64,000 nucleotides of DNA, taken from contig JBEWZL010000136.1 of assembly GCA_045837725.1 (NCBI GenBank), positions 124,001 to 188,000 of the forward strand, in the 5' to 3' direction. The stretch is from Vermamoeba vermiformis (Eukaryota). The notes beneath the pieces were generated by a model, which worked only from the letters and a program-made list of their open reading frames with translations, was not told where the DNA came from and ran no database searches. Of this stretch, positions 54,914 through 64,000 are shown piece by piece. Within the stretch, counting starts at the first letter, position 1. Every line of letters starts with the position of its first letter. The position numbers were made by a program, and so were the translations under genes.

Positions 54914-55234
54914 TATTCGAATTGTATATAATTGGTATAATTCTTAGCACCAGTTGTGGTTTTAAGCTTATGGAGTTATAATTAGACTGACACATTTGCA
55001 ATTTTACAACTCGGAAACACCTCCGAGATTAAAAATTTGGATTAATATGGCAATGATAATCTAACCCGGGAGAAATAAATGGCCATCATTAATTCACGGC
55101 AGCTTTAAGGGAATTGTTCCGTACTTTATTTAAACGCAATGCGAAATTTTAATCATTGCCACTATATATGTCGGTAAATACAAATACTAACTAACTAACT
55201 ATATACAAAAAGAAGTAATGCTCGTAGTGTGAAT

Positions 55235-57174
55235 CTACTTAGCTGAGGCCGAGGACTGATTTGTCGCACTGGCAGTTTCCGCCATGGCGCCAGAGCTGTT
55301 ATTTTGCTTCGACGACGAATTTTTGCCTTGACTGCCGCTCGAGAACTTCGATGGCAGTTCAAATGCCAAGATATTCATCAAGGAGGCGACATTAATGACA
55401 GCATACGTGACATACCACGTGACGACGTATCCTGATAAAGTGTCAAAAGTGTCACAAAAGCACGTCAATCAACGGACGTACCAATCGGGTTCATTGTAAT
55501 GCCAGTGGCGAATAGAACGGCAATGATCACGAAGGCGAAGATAATACTGCCGCTGACAAGGACTTTGATCGTTGTCTAAAAATAGAAATTAATTTTAGTA
55601 AAACAGATCCAAAAGTGCGGTTACGTACCCTTGTCAACCGGACAGTTCGGCCCATTGACTGGCTTGCTTTCATACGCCTCAACAGCTTAATGCCAGTGAT
55701 ATTGTAGAATATTACAATGAATAAGAACGAGGCCAGATAAAATATAGCTGAGAAAAGTTGGTCAGATCTGCGTGAACGAAGGGCGGTTGATGATACTAAT
55801 GCAGACTTACAAATGATCAAGTGAAAGCCACTGAATGATGTTAAGCTGCGCGTGATTATCTGGATGATTTGGAAGGCTAGGATGCATCCAGAAATGACGA
55901 AGAATGGAATTCTCATTTTGACGATAAACGGATGCACGATGACCGAGGCACTTGTCATCATCTCGTGCCAGTATAACGTGAATAACAAGAACGATGCAAT
56001 GACGAATGGAAGGCAGACCTCGGCAAAGAAGACAAACACCCATTCTGGGTATAAAAAGTTCGATCCAAAGAAATCGATGCTGGCCACAATGCGGACTGAA
56101 ACAAGTTGGGTAAGAGACGGTAAACAAATAAAGTATTGTAAGTGACTTACTTAAATTAGATAATATCTCTATCATGAGAACGTAGATCGCAATTGCTTGG
56201 GTGCATCTGCCGTAGTAAACATAGAACTTTCGGAGTTGAAGAGAAGCCAAAACGATGTTCACCGTCAAAAATATAATTACACTTACTACAATAATAACGT
56301 TATGACTAAGATAGCCTTACATCATTACTTACTGCTCCAAATGTACATCCAGCCAGAAGAAAGGACCGTCTCCCAAGGATTTTCAGCCTCTAAATTTCAA
56401 TTATTTTGAGTTTAAAATTAATTGATTATCAAGAATTCGTACCATCAGGAAGTATAGTTACATTGGCAATAAGATCATTCGTTGCCAACCCTCTAAGCAA
56501 TTCGGAGCCAAGTCCGGCGCCCAACTGAACGAAGCCAACCTCGGCAACGGTGATATTCACTTGACTAGCCACATAAAAGTCGTTCTTACGATATTGCAAG
56601 TTTCCACCAACCGCTTAAAACAAAGGTTAGCATCCGAATCCGGAAATTTTGGGGCGTTGGTATGAGCTTACCGTAGATGCTAGAGCCGTATATAACGCCA
56701 ATACATCCTTTTTGTTGCGCTTCAACAATAATTGTTTCAATTGGCGTGTCTTGAAAAACAAGTAAAATACGCTGGTTTGACATGCTGATATCCAACGTGA
56801 CGTTAGAGGTCAATGGCTCGGTTAGAGGCTCTACCGAACTTCCTATATCGTCGATATATCAGTATTGATTAAGTTTGAATTCATATTGGCAAATCCAGAA
56901 AATTTCTATCGGCATTTTCCGAAGCTAAATTTGATGAGACTATAAAAGTAGTAGAGTAGTAGTACTATGAATCGATTTATTCCTGAGAGAATCACTACTA
57001 TTAAGTTGAAAGAAACTTACCTCGATAAAATATTTGATAAGCTTCCAGTTCAATTTGGTTTCCGTTATTGAGATTAACGACTATGTTGGCATCCGCCGAT
57101 AATAATAAACCAGCGATTGTAAGGATAAACGTTGCGCATTTCCAAAAAGTTCGGAGGCGAGAAGTGGTTGCCAT
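55235..57174 (-). CDS. PA-like domain + 7 TM receptor-like protein, copy C
   Basis: MATTSRLRTFWKCATFILTIAGLLLSADA signal; PIETIIVEAQQKGCIGVIYGSS; same TM exons and intron positions as copies A and B. Confidence 0.75.
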
Positions 57175-59189
57175 TAGATCCGGTCGAAAAGTAGCTTGTT
57201 GTGGTGTCTTAGTTTAAGTGGTTCTAAATAAAGTGTCAATTCGGTAAACCAGTTTTTCGGGCACCGTGACAGTTGATAAATTTCCCACGCAAGAATTTTC
57301 CAAAAATAGTTAACGCTGTTAATACCAGGACATATATGGTAATGGAATCACAATTAATACTCGCTCACTTAGAAATAAAATTATAACTGTATATTTATTT
57401 AGTACTGTTACATAGAAGTATTTAAATCGTTATATAAAAATGATGTTAATAATACGAAATATCAAGTTAATAATACTAAAAAATTATTCAATTAATTCCT
57501 CGTCATCGCACATTGAGAATGCCTTTACTTAACGACAGAATTAGAAAATAAATTTGAACAGAATACTTTATGTCGGCTATATACTTACTGGATGAAAGTT
57601 GTGCCGTATTAGATGGTTCTGCAGCCTCTACAACGACGCAGGTAGTTTGCGGGAGCGATCCGCTTTTGCCTTCACTGCAGCCCGATAATAATAAATACAG
57701 CTCTTGCGGCCAAGATATTCATAAACGGAGACGCATTGACGAGAGCTATACACGCGAAGCGGTTAAGAACGCAGCCTGGTAAAGTGTCAAACGCGTCATC
57801 AAGTACTGTCTTCAAAGGTCTTACGAAAGCGACAAATGACATATGTCATTGGAATGCCAATGGCTTTGAGAATGGCGAATACGCTCGCAACCAACATAAA
57901 ACTGAGATTACATATCTGATTGTCATCTAATCAATACACAGCATTAGTAGTGTTGTTGGATCGATTCGATCTTTATACCGATCCAGAAAGAAAGGCCTTT
58001 CCGTGTTCATCGACGACGTTGAAACACCTACCTCCAATCTGCTTACGGGGGTTAAAGGAATGCTAAAGTAAATATTAAGGTGCCTTAATTCGATAGCAAT
58101 TCTACGCGTGATGCACCCGAGACCGTAAAATTTATAGATGTGATTCAGATTGGTTCGAGAACGAACCGTTAAACCAATGTAAAGACCTACTATTTTATGG
58201 AGTGGAACGACCATGAAGGCCCAGAGCATCACGTAACTTTTGGATGCAAGCAATCATCGCTCCATCACTTCAAAATATAATATACAATAACGTACTGTAT
58301 CTGTTCACGTGCCCGTTTCGTTGGCTGTTGCAGTGGTGCTCGTCGGGATAGCCAAATGCCCAAATCCGCTCTCTACCGATAAAAAATCATTACTAAGGTA
58401 AAATAATACAGACTATAATGTATGTAATAGTGTGGTTTGCACCTTTTTGGCACAATTGCCCAAAAAATGTAATTTAAATTATTAGGTTGCATTTAACATA
58501 ACTTACGTTGGAATTTGGTTGCACGATCGTGTCGCGACTGGTAATCATTCCGCATTCAATCCAATACCGACAATAACACATTATTATTAACACGTCAATG
58601 AGTTGGCTTGCTTTTGATCTCTTTCGTGCTCATGTTCATTGATTTAATAAATAAATAATTCACTAACAAGTTTTGCTGCGTATTGCACCCCGCAAAACGG
58701 AGGGCAATAACACAATATTAGCTCGCGCTCTATGTCATAATATTAATGGATACACGTAAAGTAAGTTCAAACCAACAACACGTGCCAATTAATGATTTTT
58801 TTGCATACTGAGATCACTTAATTACAAATAGCCAAAAAAATTTGGAATAATAATAAATATATTATTAATAAATATATTTGAACTTTAGAAAATAGTTTCT
58901 GACGTGATCCTGTTAGCCCGCAATCCACACGGTCGATAGCACAGCAAAGACCAGCAAAACTGACACACGCACATACGGTATGTGTTATATATATGATAAT
59001 ACGGCGATCAATTGCACCGGTCTGTTGCATAACACAGTTACTGATTTCTATTAATTGTCAGATCTTATCAAGTGATGCCGCGGCATCAAGCACCGCAGCA
59101 ACGATCGGCGAAGAGGCCACGCGAACAATTAATGCACGTTACATTATATACAACTGTAGTATTATCAGAGCAATCGATTGCTCTTGTTA

Positions 59190-59630
59190 GGTTACGGATG
59201 TTGCGAGCGTCTGACAGTGCGTATCAAATGAGCGAATTGTTCAAGAACGTGAATATTTACCGCGTCAACTACAACACTATCGGGAAGTACTCGCAGAGAT
59301 ACGTGGCCAGCTGGTTCGGTCTTCGTCTCGATTGGATGGGTGCGTGGTCTTCGTCACCATGCTTGTTGTTACACGCACTGTCAGTCCTAGCGATATCGAT
59401 GCTGGCTGTGCTGGTTTGACGTTGACGAAACTTGGGCGGTCTCACTTTCATTCTGAGTTCAATCAGTTCGAATGCTGCTGAGACTCGAGTAAGGGAATTA
59501 TTTCTGACTAGAGAGATGCTCGTACTAATAATGAAACAGATGAACTCAGTAGAGTGTATCAAAGAGTACGAGTCCTTGCCGCAAGAGAAACCAGTGCTTG
59601 TGGAAGAGAAGCGACCACCCGCTTACTGTG
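59190..59630 (+). pseudogene. Degraded fragment of an ABCC/MRP-type ABC transporter TM domain
   Basis: AYQMSELFKNVNIYRVNYNT..VASWFGLRLDWMGA and MNSVECIKEYESLPQEKPVLVEEKRPP match the end of ABCC TMD2 (RWLGVRLD..; MNSVER..EY..LPQE.P....RPP). Frames are broken and no NBD is nearby. Confidence 0.7.
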
Positions 59631-60523
59631 CGCGCAGTGTCGATCAGTTTGAAACAACTGTCAAACAAAAGCTTGCGTGCACTTTTTGTTTTAATAGTCA
59701 GGTCTGCAGCTACACCTCGCAGATTACTGCCTCTTGCGACACTACTGGCAGGTCCTTGTAAGTCACAGTCAACGGAGCTGTTCAATCTGACAACATTCAG
59801 AGTTATACCACGGCTAATCCACCCACGCCTCACACGTCTAAAGTACAATCGGCTGGAGTTACCACCGTGCTGTCATTCAGCGGAGCAGTGGGTGCCGTGG
59901 CTTGTGCTTGGGACACGGGTAGCGTCAATGAGGTTGACAACGCGTGGCAGCGACCATCTTTTGTAAGATCGGATCAAGTAGACACCGACCAGCAACAGTT
60001 AGCGAAACAAACACGCCAACAGCTACGGTATGTCACTAGGTATAATGTGGCAGCGATCAATTCCTCCCATTCAATTTAGCGGAAGCTGTGCTCGTTGGGC
60101 ACATCCGCACTCAAAATTATTGACTTGCATCGATGCCTTATGGCTTTGATGTGCAATTAATGTGACTACAATATCACATGTCATATTTATTTATTCGGTA
60201 GTTGGTGCTTACTAATGTTTATTTTCGTTAGCAGATACGATCGAGCACGACGCCAAGGTGGTGCACCACAGCAACAAACGGTCAAGTGGCCACGTGATTG
60301 CCCAAGAATGGTTGCAACGCTACACGCCCTGTCCCTTGCCACGTGACAAACGACAGTCGTTGGTCGATCACGTGGCTGCACGGTGCGAAGAAGAAAGCAC
60401 GGGAGTTCGTGACCAGCTGCGGTAAGTTAATATACACGTGGCAAAAGCCAAAGAATCTTCTTGCGAATCGCATGAACAAACGAATTGATGCATCATTTAT
60501 TCTTCTCGCCATTGCTACAACAA

Positions 60524-63500
60524 TTATTTTTTCTTCTTTTTGTTCGCTGGTTCTTCACTTTTATCCTCTTCTGTTATAATTTCTTTCACCTTTCGTTTTT
60601 GCTGTTTGTTTTGTTTCTTTTTCTGCTTTGGCTCAGTGATCTCAATGTTTTCATCATTTTCCACTTCACGGCTTCTTGTTGCGAACAAAAATAATGGAGA
60701 TAGCCAGCCATCACCATTAGAAATAATAATGCGCCCTTCTTTTTCAAGTTCTTCCAAACTCTTTGCTGTGTCCGTATCTTGGATGTGACTACTCAGATTT
60801 TCAGTGATTGTGTTTGGTGACATCAACATCCAAATTAGGTGTGGTTGTGAATTCAACCCAAAATTACTTATCTCCTTCCACAAACTCCATGGTTTTATCT
60901 GCAAAAATAGAGTAAATGATTGCAAAAAAGGGAAGCAACTTGTTACCTTCAAGTGATTTACAGCAACATTTTGACATTGTATGCAGAGCACTTTGGTAAC
61001 AGAATACCTGTCATCCTTCTTTGTAAATAGTGGCACCATAACATCAGCAAAGGAGACTTTCTGTTTGTTGATATAAATGGCAGGATTTTTTTCGAAATCA
61101 TTCAGGCTGTGGTCTTGCGTAACCTCCTTCCCTTGCACAACTCCACTCAGGGAAATCTATGCCATTGTGTTAATTCAAAACATTGTCAAGTAGTTACGCA
61201 CATAATACTGAGGGTCTGCCCATGAAATGATGCTTGATAATTGTACAAATTGGCCTGGATTGGCGACAAGTCTATAACGTGCCCACAAGGAAGCAGCTGT
61301 TGCATATTCCAAATCATTTTCTTGCTCTATCATATCAGTGCTCATGGTGGAAGTTCCAATAATATGTAATAATGTGATTGGGAAGGAGTCAGGATGCATA
61401 CTTGACAGCAAATCAATCTTGTATGTCTTAAAAATAATGTGAGTTGATTGACTTTTTGCAATAACTGTACCTCAAATAGATTCAATGTGAAAGGCATTGT
61501 GTATGATCTTGTGGTAATCGATGTTGGAGTTTCTGATTTTGTGAAGTTAAAGGGCAAAAGAATGCCAGCTGCCTCCAAGTCTGCATAACTCAGCTTCTTT
61601 CCTTCTGTCCTGCAATTAAACAATTGAGCTCTCTTTTCTTGTGAAGAAATGCTTTGAGAAGGTACATACGTAAGAATTATTGTTGTGGGATCTTTTTCTA
61701 AGCATAAACTTGCAGCAACAATAATTTTTTGCCATTCTTGAGGATCAATCTTGTAGTAGTCTGTTCCAACGTCTAACTCCATCATATTTGGGTAAAAATA
61801 ACATGTGATTTGTGCACTCAAACTTGCCAAAATCTCTGTGCTTTGACTGTGTGAAATACTTCCACTTTGCAACTCTTGCCTGTATCTGTGCATTGCAGTG
61901 AATAGAAATTCAATGGCTCGTGGAATACCAAAGGTCTTAATCCAAAGAGAATTGATAATTTTACGAGAGTCTGCTGGCAGTACAGAGCTGGCTGGTTTAG
62001 AGTTTTGTAAGTAATGTTTGCCAAGGACAGATGAACATAGATCATCAAGATAGTCAAGTTTCAAGAGTGGATCCAAAGGCAAATTCACCCTTAAATAGGC
62101 AATTGAAGGGTCCTGCAATTCATGTAGTGGCCCAGATTTCAACCCAACCTGACGTCATATGAGTTATCAGTTATTAAATAAAACCATACTTACCATTAAT
62201 AACAAGGTGCAATCTGTTTTCTCGATGAATTCTTTATAAACAAAGTATGCAAGATTGCGATCCTGCTGCTTAATGTCTGTGAAACTCTAGGAAAGATTGT
62301 TAGCAAATCCTTGGGTTCAGAATTTCCTTACTTGACATTCATCAATATTCAGCAATGTGATGGGTCTATCAGAAAGTTTAACATCCTTAAACACAGGTTT
62401 GTATGGAATCTGATCTTTTCCTACTTGATAGAATTTCCATAGTGATGTAAGTCTTGACCCTGCATTTACAGCTGCAATCCAGTCCTCAGCAGTTGTTTCA
62501 TCCACATTAATGCTTTGGCTTTTGATCGTTACTGTTGATAATTGATCTCCAATTGCCCTTGTTAACATTCTTTCACAAATTACTGCTGGAGTGAAAGACG
62601 TGTTGTATTGAGCAGCTGACGTGGATATAACTCGAACTTGAATGAGAGTTTTGTGTAGTTGTGCTAGAAATTCAAGTCGCTTTTCAATGTCCTGTAATTT
62701 GCTGTGCTCAAAGTTGTATTTTTGAGTAAACAATTGCTTTCTTTCCACTTTTGTTAAATCTATCCACTCTAACTCAATTTCTTCAACATTTTGTTTGCCA
62801 AGCAGAAATGACACCATAACATTTGGCAAGTGAAACACTCTTATGGCCCATTCAAGAGCCAATCTTGTTTTACCAAATCCTGGTGAAGTCACTGCTATTG
62901 TGTGCATTGGCTTTGAACATGCACCAGTGTAGTTATTATAACAGTCGTTAAGCAGGCTGAATATTGCTGTCTGATGGTTGTAAAAGGGTGGGTGGGATAG
63001 GCCTTGCCATGTACTGAGCCATAGAGTGCCCATGGGAACAAAGAAGGTAAATCGGTTGTCTCTGTGCTCCACTTTTGGTTTGTCCATTATTGCTTGTAAC
63101 ACATTTAATGCTCTTTGCACTTCTTCTGGGGGTGCGGTGTTGTATAGCCCATGCAAAATTCGAACCTTGGAATCTGCAGACAATTACTATACATTCAATA
63201 AATTGTTGTATTGCCTACCAGGGGATTTTTCTGCGTTCTTCTGTTGCTCTGTAATAGTAAACGTTAGTTGCAATTTGTTTTAACATAAAAAAATTTACTA
63301 AACAACAGAAAACTGCCAACGTTTTAGTTATAATAAAAATGGTAATACAATCGTTGATTGTAATAAGAATACTACATACCTGGTTCCTTTGGAAGTCTCG
63401 ACTTCTTCAGCTTTTCGATCTCAGCCCACAACGTTTGCAGAGCTGATTTCGAGATCTGCTTCTGCTTTAGTTCTTCTTCAAAATCACCAAAGAGGTCCTC

Positions 63501-63778
63501 GACTTTTTGGTAAGCAAGAAGCGACTTTCCAGAAACCTCTGCTTCGATCAGAATTTTGGCACTTTTTTCGGAAAACTTCAAGACTTTTCGTGCCCAATCA
63601 GCCACTTCTTCCCTTGTCCATGTTGCGTCTGGCTCAGTCACCTTATTTGTGCCTGAGCTCAAATTATTAATCAGTCAATATTTGCAGTTCGATTAAATCG
63701 GAAATGAAATAAAAATTAACACCTTTGGCAATTAATTAAAATCGATCAATTACCGGTAATTTGGTCATTTTTCTCCAT
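60524..63778 (-). CDS. Crinkler/RHS-type (CR) effector-like protein: SAM header + P-loop NTPase + restriction-endonuclease-fold domain
   Basis: SAM-like WTREEVADWARKVL..LIEAEVSGKSLL; Walker A TSPGFGKT; Walker B LLNIDECQ; GIPRAIEF; REase-like YIN...FAD...LCIQCQ; Lys-rich NLS-like tail. Confidence 0.72.
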
Positions 63779-64000
63779 GTTTATAGTTTCTCGTTTAACT
63801 CTGCTTGAATTGCTATTTCAATTTTGTTAAATTAGTTCACTATCCTTTAAATAGGTTCGCTTAGCTTACTACTAACTGTGTTGCGTCCTATGCAAGTTGT
63901 TGCTAGGACCTAAGTTGTTGCTTTTGTTGCAAAACCGCGTTACACTTGTGGTCGTGGTTAATGGAATTAAATAAAAGCAGATCGTTCACAAAATCGGTTT

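Noticed and set aside
57780-58260. GIY-YIG-like (LYIGLTVRS) and RT-like (AILKAIGIP) scraps suggesting a retroelement
   Set aside because: Single short motifs without supporting conserved residues; chance matches cannot be excluded.

Overview
This is nuclear DNA of an intron-rich, AT-rich eukaryote (short GT-AG introns with CTAAC/CTAAT-like branch points). The gene set (Arp3, SF3B1, ZC3H15/Tma46, LIM, TIPE, many hybrid histidine kinases) fits a free-living protist, possibly an amoebozoan; that assignment is inference. The first 24.4 kb is a minus-strand tandem array of at least 8 hybrid histidine kinases (about 6 TM helices + HisKA + HATPase + receiver). Their membrane sensor regions are highly divergent but share a 'TDSE(R)' motif, and their catalytic exons show patchy nucleotide identity. 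The array is interrupted by a ~745-bp TIR element inserted at the start codon of copy 2, an F-box gene, and a secreted 'TNEIQTLSL'-repeat/C1q gene whose paralog lies at 31.6-32.7 kb. The middle holds mostly housekeeping genes plus a PH-TIPE fusion. The right end has three tandem PA-domain 7TM receptor-like genes, a patch of degraded gene fragments (ABCC transporter), and a Crinkler/RHS-type SAM + P-loop NTPase + REase-fold gene whose NTPase/REase part is visibly CpG-depleted. Gene models were spliced by eye, so boundaries are approximate where stated.
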